Assembly (NCBI GenBank): GCA_051294375.1
Contig: CM119265.1
Span: 25,562,953 to 25,616,816 of the forward strand
From: Paraspadella gotoi
Taxonomy: Eukaryota > Animalia > Chaetognatha
Direction: 5' to 3'
Length of the DNA: 53,864 nt
Shown here: in pieces, positions 11,609 through 32,143 of the stretch
Layout: each line of letters opens with the position of its first letter
How positions within the stretch are numbered: position 1 is the stretch's first letter
The notes under the pieces: generated by a model
The model's input: the letters and a program-made list of their open reading frames with translations, nothing else
Told to the model about the DNA's origin: nothing
Database searches by the model: none
Position numbers and translations under genes: made by a program

Positions 11609-12258
11609 ATGGTCCAAGGCGGTTTACGACGAGTACGACCATGCCATGCTCCGCGGTTTCCCGTCACCCGGCAAATCGGTTTCGCCATGAGGGTAAAAAA
11701 CAAGACCCCGTTACGTCGTCCTCGCGGTCGTCCGCGTCAGCGTAGAACGAAGAACCTCCCGCCGCTTCCGACTCCGTTGACTTAGTCGGGGCTGCTTCAC
11801 TATCTCGGCGGCTTTACGTTCCGCCGCGGCGGGGGTCGGGAAGACCGGGGACGCCGACGACATCGCGCTCCAATGGGGATAGGCAAGGGATTCTTCTTTT
11901 TCAAAAGGAAATCCCCCGCCAAAGTCCCGTCGTCCAAATCAAATAGCGGCGAGCGGAGCCGGCTTCCTCAACTTCGCCATGGATCGGGGGCTACGAAACA
12001 AACGATCGCCCGAACATTCTCGCCGACTCCACTCTCACGAAGGCGTTGAAGGAAGGATCAATCATCTCTTCACGCCGGAAAAGGTCGACGTCGACCCCCC
12101 TCTTCCAGCCAGAACTTTTAAAACGGCACGCGGCGAAAATACTGCGCGCTGACGGGAGCGGCTTTCGGTACGTTGAAGAAGGAACCTTGACCGGGAGACT
12201 GGTCACTGGTCGGTTATGGGAAAAATACCGAAGGGTTAAGGGGGAGAGCGACAAGTAA
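11609..12258 (+). CDS. Putative accessory gene, possibly DEDD/DnaQ-like exonuclease, frameshifted
   Basis: GC-rich coding-like island. Mosaic translation gives YDEYD...FPVTRQIG, LLHYLGGFTF, FSKG and H..KYCALT, loosely like the DnaQ-like accessory genes of animal Polintons. Confidence 0.3.
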
Positions 12259-12399
12259 AAATGAGAAATCCGCTAGAGGCGTCGGTAACCGCGAGTTGAG
12301 AATTCGGATTGAAGACGACGAACGTGGAACGTCGCTACTCGGGGACGCAGATCTCATCAAAAATCCGTAATTCCGGAACTCTCGTTCCGCAAAAGAGGT

Positions 12400-12424
12400 N
12401 NNNNNNNNNNNNNNNNNNNNNNNN
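12400..12424. other. 25-N assembly gap (others of exactly 25 N at 17782, 30847, 35554, 37814, 52636; sized gaps at 285-439, 33250-33609, 33719-34351, 34668-34755)
   Basis: Counted directly. Confidence 0.99.
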
Positions 12425-12707
12425 AGGTTGGCCAAGGTTTAATGAAAGACAATTAATATTTTTTGTCTTTTGTTACGATTTGTAACCTCATAAATCTTTT
12501 GTGATCAAATTTAACGCAGTGATCGTCTTTTTCAAAAATTGTGTTTCAAAAAAGACTAAATTAATCAATATATCAATAAATGTTAATAAAAAAAAGTTCT
12601 ATTACCAAAATGAACTGCATCTCTACCATCGTATTACTCTTGCCCATTGGGGATTCCAATTCATTGTTGATAAAGTCCCCAACCCCCGAAAAGCCTATAA
12701 GCGCCAA

Positions 12708-12764
<57 letters not shown>

Positions 12765-14746
12765 CTCTTCTCACTCCTCTTCTTCGTCCTCTCACTCGCG
12801 CATCTGTCGGGGCGAATTTTCTTTTTATTTGTCGAAAAACTTTATCGTCCAATGACGTTTCTGTTTCGAGGGGAACAAATCGAAGTCAAAGACGCAAAGA
12901 TCAACCAATGATTAGATTTCGTCGTTCGTATTTCGGCGACCATCTAGAACGACTTTCGATCCTCTTCGACGTCGCGTCGCGAAAATCGTTGAGAGGCGAT
13001 CTCTCGACTAACAGAGACCGGCGATTCAGGAGTCAAACGGCCAATGGCAGGAAGTGGGCGGCGGAATCGGCGACGTGAAATTATGACATTCAAAACGAAA
13101 TTTTCGCGATATGCGACATTTTCCGTAAAAATTTGATGGGGTTCGCGTGCGAAAAGACGGACGCCTTACGCCCCCCCCCGTAACCCCAACCCCCCAAACT
13201 CCCGCCTTCCGTCCGCCCCTCCCCCCTCTCCTTTCCCCCCACCCCCCCTTCCTCTGCGTCAAGACGCCGACCTTAAGTCGCAGCGATTTAAAAGACGGTC
13301 TCGATCGCGATTTTCAAGGTCGTCGCGCGAAGGACGATCGTTCGTACGAGGACGATCCTTGTCGTAACGAGGGACGAGTCTGTCGCACGCGCCCGGACTT
13401 TGCGTGCGAATGGCGACGGAAATGCACCGCAATAAGACTTTACTAAGTTTCACTAATGTTTCACAAAGTCTTTTCTCTTTTGCGAAACATCTCCGTCTTT
13501 CGCCATAATGAGTGGAACTTCTCAAATTTGCCGAAACCGCGCACGCTGAGCTGTCATCGCGCAGCGATTCGGTCCGCGGGTGACGTGACGCTGACGCGTT
13601 ACGCGCATGTGCGCGTTCGAATGAATCGCGCGCGCAAAGCAAAACGCACGCGATTCGCTACGTGCGAATCCGCGCGGATGACTTTTTTTTTCTGTTTTAC
13701 GGGTCGAGAAGATTTTTTAAACAAAGAAGAAGTTTGTTCGACGAACATTCGCTCAACGTTGTCTTTTAGTATAATGTAAATGTAAAAACGGGGTGGATCC
13801 GACAAAAGGTCTGACTCGCCGAGTTTATTCAGCAGTTTCTGACTACAATTTACAAAACTGTTTCAGGACGTAAATGTGAATAGCCTTTCCATTCACAAAA
13901 GTGTGACTTCGTCAAAGACCCGTAATTGTTCCCTCAAGGGGGAAATGGCTCGCTGGCGAGGCTTTTACCCGAAAAGAAGGGGGGGATAGCGAATCGGTAG
14001 GGGGGCGAGTGGCTTTGAAGGAGCCAAGAAGCGGGAGGGCGGGAGAGTTAAATGAAGAAAATTGGCCCAAAGGGCTGAAAAGCCGGAGGGGAAAAAGAGA
14101 TTTTTTTTCAGTTTTCTGGCCCATTTTTCTTTTTTTTTTGGGGGGGGGAGAAAATTTAGTTCGAATATCTTGTCGTCATCGTCATTGTCGTCGTCATCGT
14201 CATTGTCGTCGTCGTTATTGTTTTTTGTGTTGCCAAGCGACTCTGAGGGTTTGGAAGTTAGGAGTAGCGTCACCAACGAGACAAAAAAACGAGAGGGCTT
14301 ACGACAACAACGACAACAAACGACAACAACGACAACAAACTATTCACACTGAATCCTGTTTGTTGCAGCTGATTCTTTCCTGGTCTTAGTTGTTGAAGCG
14401 AGAATATTGTGTTGTGGAACTGTAGGAGCAAAACCACTGTGTGGCCGAGCTGCAGTCGTGGGTCCTCTTTGCGATGGCGAAACAACTGTGCTGACGAGTG
14501 ACGACGTCTTTCCTTGGTTTTTCTTTTCTCTGTTTTGTTTAATTAATGGGGGGGGGCATTTTGAGACAAGTTGAGGCTTCGGTCGAAGTTGGAGAAAAGC
14601 GTGGGGCTTAAGATGCGGATTTCCATAGCGGAATTGTGATAAAAGTGATAAAAGTGATAGAGGTGATAGTGTCATTTGTAGTGACCGTCAACTGAGAAGG
14701 AAAAGGAGATTCTTCTCTGCGATTATTGAGAGCGGAGGTCGCTGAG

Positions 14747-14795
<49 letters not shown>

Positions 14796-15816
14796 ATCTC
14801 TCTATCTCTATCTCTCTCTCTCTCTTTCTATCTCTCTCCCGCTCTCTCTCTGTTTGTCGTTTGCGTTTTGTTTTGTTTGCGGATAAGAAGTCACCCGGAA
14901 GAGTCTGACAGAGACGGAGACAGAGAGAGACAGAGAGTGAAAGAGAGAGAAAGAAACCAAGAAATAGAAATTATAAAGAAAAAGAGCTAAAAAAAAAGCC
15001 ATAATATAAAAAAATTCCATGTTTTTTTTTTTCAAAAAGAAAAAAAGGCAATCCTAGCGGCGAACGTGGGAATCAAATTAATTTCGAATTAAACCGCGCG
15101 AAGAAAACCATTTTTCTCTTTTTATCTCTTGCTTCGCCCGATGTCTTTGTTCTTTTCTTATTTAGATTTTCATGTTTCAATTTTTTTCTTTTTTTTTTCA
15201 TTTCGTCTGTTTTTTTCTTATTTGCATATTTGAAATCGTTCTCTCATCATCCTCTCTTTTTCACACGTCCCTCCTCTTACTTTTCTAATTTCCTCTTTTT
15301 TCTCTTTTCTTTATTTCTTCTCTTTCTTCTCTTGTTTCCTTTTGACATTTACTTGTCTTCTTTTACTTTTCCTTTCATCCCTCTTTTCGGTCATTTTGTT
15401 ATCCATCCTCATATCTTTTTTTATCCTTCTCTCTATCTTTCCTTTTCTTTTTTTCTTTCCTCCGTTCCTCTCCTTTCCTCCCTCCTCCCTCCAACGAAAC
15501 ACTGCAACGAAGCAGACTTCAAAACGAGACGGAAATTTATGCCAAATCGATATCAGTTGTCGTTGTTGTTGTTGTAGTTATTCCACCCGCATTTCTACTT
15601 CCGCTTAATTAAAAAGTCGATATCTGAAAATCCTCGGTCAGGATTCCGCACTCAGTGGTTTTTAGTATTTATCTTTCATCCCTTGGTTAATTTTTTTTAT
15701 CGCTTATGATTTATTCTAGTATTCGTAATGGTTTTAGTTCCGAGTTCGGATTTGGACAAAGAATAATTCCGAGGAAATCTCGCCTACGTGAAAGGGTACA
15801 GTGAGAGAGAGAGAGA

Positions 15817-16008
15817 TATTTTTATTTTGAGATTTTTCGAATATCGAATTATTATCATTTTTTTTTTTTTTTTTTTTATCCGAAACCGATTCGATTGGTT
15901 GTTCGCCTTCGGGAAAATCCAAGGCGTCATTCATTGCTTCATGAGCAAAGGGAAAAAGGTAGACATATTAGATAAATGACTCTCTCTCCTCTCCTCTCTC
16001 CTCTCTCT

Positions 16009-16065
<57 letters not shown>

Positions 16066-17121
16066 TCTCTCTCTCTACACTGTACCCTTTCCACGTAGGC
16101 GAGATTTCCTCGGAATTATTCTTTGTCCAAATCCGAACTTCGGAACTAAAACCATTACGAATACTAGAATAAATCATAAGGTATAAAAAAAATTAACCAA
16201 GGACGAAAGATAGAATATACTAAAAACCACTGAGTGCGGAATCCTGACCGAGGATTTTCAGATATCAACTTTTTAATTAGCGGAAGTAGAAATGCGGGTG
16301 GAATAAACTACAAACAACAACAACGACAACTGATATCGATTTGGCATAAATTTCCCGTCTCGTTTGAAGTCTGCTTCGTTGCAGTGTTTCGTTGGAGGGA
16401 GTGAGGGAGGAAAGGAGAGGAACGGAGGAAGAAAAAAAGAAAGGAAAGATAGAGGAAGGATAAAAAAAGATATGAGGATGGATACCAAAATGACCGAAAA
16501 GAGGGATGTGAAAGGAAAAGTAAAAGAAGACAAGTAAATGTCAAAAGGAACAGAGAAGAGAAGAGAAGAAATAAAGAAAAAGAGAAAAAGAGGAAATTAG
16601 AAAAGTAAGAGGAGGGAGACGTGTGAAAAAGAGAGGATGATGAGAGAACGATTTCAAATATGCACAATAAAAAAAAACAGACGAAATGAAAAAAAAAAAG
16701 AAAAAATTGAACATATGAAAATCTAAATAAGAAAAAGACAAAAGACATCGGGCGAGCAAGAAGATAAAAAGAGAAAAATGGTTTTCTTCGCGCGCGTTTA
16801 ATCGAAATTATTTGATTCCCCACGTTCGCCGCTAGGATTGCCTTTTTTCTTTTTGAAAAAAAAAAACATGGAATTTTTTATATTATGGCTTTTTTTTAGG
16901 CTCTTTTTCTTTATAATTTCTATTTCTTGGTCTTTTCTCCTCTTTCACTCTCTGTCTCTCTTGTCTCCGTCTCTGTTCAGACTTTCCGGGTGACTTCTTA
17001 TCCGCAAACAAACAAAACGCAAACGACAAAACAGAGAAGAGAGCGGGAGAGAGATAGAAAGAGAGAGAGAGAGATAGAGATAGAGAGATAGAGTGAGAGA
17101 GAGAGAGATAGAGAAGAGAGA

Positions 17122-17183
<62 letters not shown>

Positions 17184-17781
17184 CCGCCTCAGCGACGCCC
17201 GCTCATAATCGAGAGAAGAATCTCCTTTTCCTTCTCAGTGTACGGTCCACTACAAATAGAACACTATCACACTCTAACTTTTATCATTTTACACAATTCC
17301 GCTATGGAAATCCGCATCTTAAGCCCCCGCTTTTCTCCAACTTCGACCGAAGCCTCAAATTGTCTCAAAATGCCCCCCCCATTAAATTAAACAACAAGAG
17401 AAAGAAAAACCAAGGAAAAGACGTCGTCACTCGTCAGCACAGTTGTTTCGCCATCGCAAAAGGAACCCACGACTGCAGCTCGGCCACACAGTGGTTTTGC
17501 TCCTACAGTTCCACAACACAATTTTCGCTTCAACACTAAGACCAGGAAAAGAATCAGCTGCAACAACACAGGATTCAGTGTGAATAGTTTGTTGTCGTTG
17601 TTGTCGTTGTTGTCGTTGTTGTCGTAAGCCTCTCGGTTTTTTGTCTCGTTGGTGGAGGCTACTCTCTAACTTCCAAACCCTCAGAGTCGCTTGGCAACAC
17701 AAAAACAATAACGACGACGAAAAATGACGATGCAGACGACAATTGACGATGACGACAAGATATTCGACTAAATTTTTCCCC
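15817..17781 (-). repeat. Fold-back (inverted) copy of 14146-15816 plus the extension seen at 18712-18980
   Basis: cactgtaccctttccacgtaggcg (~16078) is the reverse complement of cgcctacgtgaaagggtacagtg (15781) apart from one extra base; 15817-15980 is the reverse complement of ~18812-18980. Confidence 0.95.
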
Positions 17782-17806
17782 NNNNNNNNNNNNNNNNNNN
17801 NNNNNN

Positions 17807-25765
<7,959 letters not shown>

Positions 25766-26022
25766 TAAATAAAAACAAGTTTGAGCAAACAATGTCGGAC
25801 TGCCTACGATAATTAATTAATTAATGCATTAATTAATTAATTAATAGATTTAATTAATTAATTATTAGATTCCAATTCAATTATTGAATTAATAGGATTA
25901 ATTTAATTTATATTCAGCTTTCTTCATCATCAGATGTTCCTTAAATTGATGTCAGGACAGTTATATTAAAATGTTGGTTGTTTCATTTTATCAAAACAAA
26001 CAAATATCCTCTATTATCGAGC

Positions 26023-26050
26023 CAGGGCGGGCAAAGCCCGTCCTGTCTAG
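26023..26050 (+). mobile_element. Helitron-like 3' terminus (GC hairpin + CTAG)
   Basis: CAGGGCGGGC-AAA-GCCCGTCCTG hairpin followed by tCTAG in an AT-rich context; the next base is A rather than the expected T. Confidence 0.4.
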
Positions 26051-26329
26051 ATTTTTTTTCGGTTTTTTAGCTTTCGGTCTCGCTTTTTTTGCAATCATGG
26101 CTTCTGAAGTGTGATATTCATAGGGAGTTGAAATTTTCATTATGGCTCTTATCATCAAGATCTTTAAAATTTCTCATGTTTCATATCAATTATGTGGTAT
26201 TTTTTATGTTTTATTTACAAAACAAAAAACGTTTTAATTATTGTCGCTCTCTCTCTCTCTCTTTTTCTCCGTCACTGCTTCTTCTAAAAACGAGTTCCGG
26301 CTTCTGAGCGTCTTCTGTTCCAGCTTCTT

Positions 26330-26378
<49 letters not shown>

Positions 26379-26902
26379 ACAAAAAATTTTTATGAATAGA
26401 ATGTGGGTTCACTAATGTAAATAAACAGGGCATGCCGCGAACAGGGCGCCAAACCGGGTCTTTGGGTAGGAATAGCTCACGCTACGTGCGGCGCCATAAG
26501 TACTGCTGATTCTTTAACGAGTAAAGGGCTGTAGAGCTTCTCTCTCTCTCTCTCTTTTAATTATTTATTATATCACTCTTTTCTCTTTTCTCTGCCCAAG
26601 GGCTGTCATCTCTCCTCTCTCTCTCTTTTTTCTCTCTCTTCTTCTCTTGTCTCTCTGTCTCTTCTGTGTGTGTCTCTGTCCCTATCTGTCCGATTCTTTT
26701 GCGCTGATTCGTTTTGTTTTTTTTTTTGAAAAATTCTATTATTTTTTCCTTCTAAAAAACCAACTTTTTATTATTGCCAGTTTATTTTCGCGCTTTTTCA
26801 CATACAAACATCCCATATTTTTCATCCGAGATTTTCGTAGGATTTCTTCTCTTTTCTTCTTTCTCTCTCTCTCTCTCTCTCTCATCTCTCTTCTCTCTCT
26901 CT

Positions 26903-26936
<34 letters not shown>

Positions 26937-27159
26937 TCCTCTCTTTTTTTACTCGGATTTAAATCTTTATTTCCGAATCCGAGCCCATTGGTCCATTATC
27001 TCGGACGCCTGTGCAAATAGAAATCCTTCAAAAGGAATTCTTCCTTATTTCTGACCGCCATTTTTCTCCTCATTTCCTTTTCATAATTTTTCTTTTTCAA
27101 TTTTCTCCGATCTGATTTTCCCGCGGATTTCAAACCCTCAAAATTTAAACCTATTTAAT

Positions 27160-27380
27160 CCTATTCCTATTTCCTATTCTTATTCCTATTTATATGGCCT
27201 ATTTTCTATTCTTATTCCTATTTCTATTTTCTATTTACTATTCCCTATTCCCTATTCCTATATCCTACTCCTATTTCTATTTCCTATACCTATTCGTATT
27301 TCCTATTCCTATTTCCTACTCCTATTCCTACTCCTATTCCTATTTCCTATTCTTATTCCTATTTCCTATTCCTACTTTAT
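27160..27380 (+). repeat. (CCTATT)n-like hexamer tandem repeat (noisy copy at ~20090-20340)
   Basis: Repeating cctatt/cctact/ttattc units. Confidence 0.9.
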
Positions 27381-27930
27381 TCCTTCTCTCCCTTTCGTTC
27401 CCTCTCTCTTTCTCCCCCCCCCTCTTATCCCCCCTCCCCTTTCTTCCATCTCTATTTGCTCTTTGGTCGGGAATCTGCGGAGGAACCATCGGCTTTTTGA
27501 TTAGCGCGTATTTGCCATTGACTTCCTTCAGTCGTGCCAGTCGATTACCACCTATTTGCCGTCTGCTCCCATTGCGCTGTCGACGATGTCAGACTTTCTT
27601 GTCAGTCTGGAGATCACTTTCCTTTCTTACTTTCTTATTCTCTTCCTTCATAAGTGTATTTGTTGATCTTTTACGCCATTTATATTCTCTTTAAACACTG
27701 TTATTACTTTCTATAGATTAAAAAGCTAGTTTTGTATTTCTTTAGGAGGTTTACTACCGCGATACAAAATACTACTACTTCCTGAGTCAATTAGGTTATT
27801 TACTAATTACTTAATTTTTTTTTTTAAATCTTTTTTTTTTTTTTGCTCAAACGTCATTTGTTTTTGACTGAGCGCCTTTCGCGCCCTCCAGCGAAGTTAA
27901 AATTTCAAAACGTTAGCGCCATCTGTTCCA

Positions 27931-28067
<137 letters not shown>

Positions 28068-28141
28068 CGGAGGGTGCCCTCCGCCCCTCGGGCCTCGTCT
28101 GCTCGTGATGGGACTGGACGCCGCGTCGTGCCATTAGGGAC

Positions 28142-28173
28142 GGGTGGCAGGGTGGCAGGGTGGCAGGGTGGCA
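28142..28173 (+). repeat. (GGGTGGCA)x4 tandem repeat
   Basis: gggtggca repeated four times. Confidence 0.95.
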
Positions 28174-29245
28174 AGGGTTGAGGCGGGAGTGAGAATGGAA
28201 GTAATTAAGATGGTTAATGGTTAATGGAATTAATTTATGGTTAAGTTAATGGAGGTTGAAGAATCGTTAAAACTTGTAATTCATCGCGAAAAAAAAAACG
28301 GAAATTACTCATGAAAATGAACGCAAATGTTTTATGGTCAAAAACTGTTTTTTGGCAGTTTTTGGCAGTCTAAATCTTTTGTTACGACTCTTGTCCATCA
28401 TTAAACTGGAATTACCCGCATTCATTTTTTTTAGTTTTGACCAAAGAAAGCTAAAAATTTAAAACCGAAGAACTTTTAATGAATCCTCGCTGGAATATAT
28501 GCAAATGAGATTAAGATTTCGTAATGCTTTGTGTCGACGTGTCACCAACAGTCCAAGCAAAAATGTTGTCTCATCGTTGCATCGCAGATGGAATCTGTCT
28601 ACTTACTTAAATGGTAGCATCCATTCTCGAATTCGAAAACAAAGGGAAAAAAATATAAAAATCGGGACCTACCTATTAAGAATTCAAATTAACTCGGAGT
28701 TCATATGTGTTCCTAAGAGATTCATTTACTCATTAGGGTTCCTAAAATATTCAATAGGGTTCATACCTAATTCATTTCGCTCAACTTTTGCTTTCTTTCA
28801 CATTTGGGCTTAAGGACGCGAGCGGGTCGTTAATTTAATGAACATTTATCGTAAGATTATAACTTAAAAATACTGCTCTATGTATTCAGAAGATGAGCTA
28901 TGTTCCTGTAACAACTCCACAAGATAATCATATAAAACTTTGTTTTCCTAATTTCTTTTTCCCCCTTTCTTATTTCGTCGTGGTTCCCGCCCTTTTTGCA
29001 ATCTTCATGCTATCTTTATGCTATCTTTTCAATTTCATTTTGTATTTCCTTTCATTTCTTATTTTCTCTATTCATCTATTACATAAGTCGACCAACGATA
29101 AATCCTATTGTTACTTTTTCTCGCCTAAAATTCTCATTTCTTTTCGATGTTTTCTTATTCTATTTATCCGCGGCCGTCCTCGCTTATATTCGAGAAGACA
29201 TCAGTTTTTCTTTATAATTTATGTACTTTTCATTTATTATTTGTC

Positions 29246-29297
<52 letters not shown>

Positions 29298-29608
29298 TCT
29301 CTCTCTCTCTCTCTCTCTCTTTTCTCCCCTTTTTTTCAGAAATTCGAATTTATACTTATAATCCTATTCTGACGTATCGAGGAAAAATATAATAAATGAA
29401 AAAAAAAGTCTGATTCACTTGAAAAAACTTTTCATTCTTCGTCGGAAATGAACTGATGAATAATAACGAAACATTTCATTCGTAAAAACAGAAAAAAGTC
29501 AATAAAATGACGTAAATGTAAAAGAAATTAGTGAAAAAAAAACAGAAAACAATTTTGTAGTAGAAGTGAACCGCCTTTGAGGAAGAGAATGTCCGCAATG
29601 TCTGTTAT

Positions 29609-29669
<61 letters not shown>

Positions 29670-29961
29670 TCAATCAATAGGAGGCCCTTAAATTAAATCA
29701 AAAATAAATTTCATCAACGCATCGTCTACTCAGACGAAGAAAATTTAAATTCTCGTCGAAACTTTTAATGTTTTTTTTTTCCTTTCGAATTGGAAAATAG
29801 TTTCGTCTACATTTGTGAGGTTTACTGTCAATATTTACAGGTGTTTAGTGTAGATTATTGTACATTCTAGGATAAATTTTGAAAATTTTTCACTCAATTC
29901 AGTTTACGTTCACGAAAACACATATTTTCCCGACTTTCAAAAATAAAGAAAGAAACAAAAA

Positions 29962-29962
<1 letters not shown>

Positions 29963-30029
<67 letters not shown>

Positions 30030-30031
30030 AA
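29963..30031 (+). repeat. (AAAG)n microsatellite
   Basis: Direct reading. Confidence 0.97.
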
Positions 30032-30871
30032 CATTCAAAGTAAAAAGTAAAACAGAATTCGTCGTCAGCAGATGTTTTATTTTCTTCTTTTTTTTTCCTG
30101 TTTTCTTTCGTTTTTCTTCTTTTACCTTTTCCTTTATTATTTTTTTTCGTTTTCTTACCTTCCTTTTTCTTCTTTGTTCCTTTGTTTTCCCTTCTACCCT
30201 TTTCGCCCTCGTCTTATTTTGTTTCTTTCTTTTTTCTTTTTCTCTCTTTTTCTTTGCGCTCCTCTGTTCAACGAGGTTTTTGTATCAAAAGCGCGCGTCC
30301 ATTTGAAAAATGAGAAACAAGTAAATCTCTGTAGTTTTCTCTTTGCCAAAATCACAATTTGTATGTGTGAGGAGAGAGAGAGAGGAGAGGACGAGCAGAG
30401 ATGATGACTGAGAGAGGAGAGAGAGCAGAGAGAGAGATTGAGAGAGAAGGGAGAGGAGGGCAGGAGACGAACGAGATGGAGAGACGAGAGATGAGAGAGA
30501 GAGAGAAAGAGAGAGAGAAAGGGATTTGGAGAAGTTTTTTTAAATTCTTTATTATCTATATGTATTTTCCATCTTTACAACAAATTTTGTCGCTGATGAT
30601 CAGTAAATCAAAATTTCATTTATCTTTTAACGTATCTATCTATCTATCTATCACTATCTTTTCTAATCTTTTCTTTGCCTTTCAAAATTTACGACGCTCA
30701 TTTCCTCCCAATTTACTCTTTCTCTCTTTCGGGCAGAACATTTTTTCTCTTGAAGATAATGAGGAAAACATCAACGCAATTCGATTCCCAAGCAAAACAA
30801 AAAATCCTAAAACTAGGACTTGGTTCAGAAAACGGAAAACTGAATANNNNNNNNNNNNNNNNNNNNNNNNN

Positions 30872-30929
30872 AGGCCTCATCTTAACCTTTTTCGTCTCTC
30901 TCTCTCTCGTCTTCTCTCTCTCTCTCTCT

Positions 30930-30976
<47 letters not shown>

Positions 30977-31356
30977 AGTATATTCAGTTTTCCGTTTTCT
31001 GAAACCAAGTCCTAGTTTTAGGATTTTTTGTTTTGCTTGGGAATCGAATTGCGTTGATGTTTTCCTCATTATCTTCAAGAAAAAATGTTCTGCCCGAAAA
31101 GAGAAAGAGTAAATTGGGAGGAAATGCGCGTCGTTAAATTTTTGAAGGCAAGAAAAGATTAGAAAAGATAGTGATAGATAGATAGATAGATACGTTAAAA
31201 GATAAATGAAATTTTGATTTACTGATCATCAGCGACAAAATTTGTTGTAAAGATGGAAAATCATATGAGATAATAAAGAATTTAAAAAAACTTCTCCAAA
31301 TCCCTTTCTCTCTCCTCTCTTCTCTCTCTCTCTCTCTCTCATCTCTCGTCTCTGTC

Positions 31357-31435
<79 letters not shown>

Positions 31436-32143
31436 TACAAATTGTGATTTTGGCAAAGAGAAAAACTACAGAGATTTACTTGTTTCTCATTTTTCAAAAT
31501 GGACGCGCGCTTTTGATACAAAAACCATCGTTGAACAGAGGAGCGCAAAGAAAAGACTGAGAAAAAGAAAAAAGAAAGAACAAATAAGACGAGGGCGAAA
31601 AGGGTAGAAGGGAAAACAAGAAACAAAGAAGAAAAAGGAAGGTAAGAAAACGAAAAAAATAATAAAGGACAAAGGTAAAAGAAGAAAAACGAAAGAAAAC
31701 AGGAAAAAAAAAAAAGAAAATAAAACAATCTGCTGACGACGAATTCTGTTTTACTTTTTTACTTTGAATGTTTCTTTCTTTTCTTTCTTCTCTTTCTTTC
31801 TTTCTTTTCGTATGGCTTCTTCGTTTTCTTTCGATTCTTTCTTTCTTTTCTTCTTTCTTCTTTGTTTTTGTTTCTTTCTTTATTTTTGAACAGTCGGGAA
31901 ATATATGTGTTTTCGTGAACGTAAACTGAATTGAGTGAAAAATTTTCAAAATTTATCCTACGAATGTACAATAATCTACACTAAACACCTGTAAAATATT
32001 GACAGTAAACCTTCAGCAAATGTAGACGAAACTATTTTCCAATTCGAAAGGAAAAAAAAACATTAAAAGTTTCGACGAGAATTTATTTTCTCGTCTGAGT
32101 GAACGATGCTTGCATGAAATTTATTTTTGATTTACATTTTAAG
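30872..32143 (-). repeat. Fold-back copy of ~29690-30846 across a 25-N gap
   Basis: tattcagttttccg (30981) is the reverse complement of cggaaaactgaata (30833-30846); continues to ttatttttgattt, the reverse complement of ~29695-29707. Confidence 0.95.

Larger units (their letters stand above)
2545..12399 (+). mobile_element. Polinton/Maverick (adintovirus-like) endogenous viral element, partial; well-supported core 3719-10190; right side cut by an N gap, left boundary uncertain
   Basis: Co-oriented, tightly packed frameshifted genes with motifs of packaging ATPase, minor capsid, major capsid and adenain-like protease. 3.2-10.2 kb lacks the (AG)n tracts that fill the rest of the window. Left limit set where similarity to 12461-13135 stops. 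Confidence 0.88.

Noticed and set aside
10798-11745. 315-aa ORF, one of the longest in the track
   Set aside because: Runs through (CT)n and A-rich tracts with no domain signal; likely spurious as a single gene.
11823-11846. Walker A-like AAAGVGKT
   Set aside because: No preceding hydrophobic strand in frame and no Walker B or helicase motifs downstream.
1871-13135. Direct repeats read as LTRs of a ~11 kb retrotransposon
   Set aside because: No TG..CA ends, PBS or gag/pol motifs seen; the interior is Polinton-like and the second copy starts at a 25-N gap.
14146-17781. Large inverted repeats as Polinton TIRs, a foldback transposon or a hairpin-RNA locus
   Set aside because: They do not flank the viral genes, they share breakpoints with a third copy and they abut 25-N gaps; better explained as assembly artefacts.
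27160-27380. CCTATT array as telomeric repeat or CRISPR
   Set aside because: Degenerate interstitial hexamer repeat without spacers, and not a canonical telomere motif.
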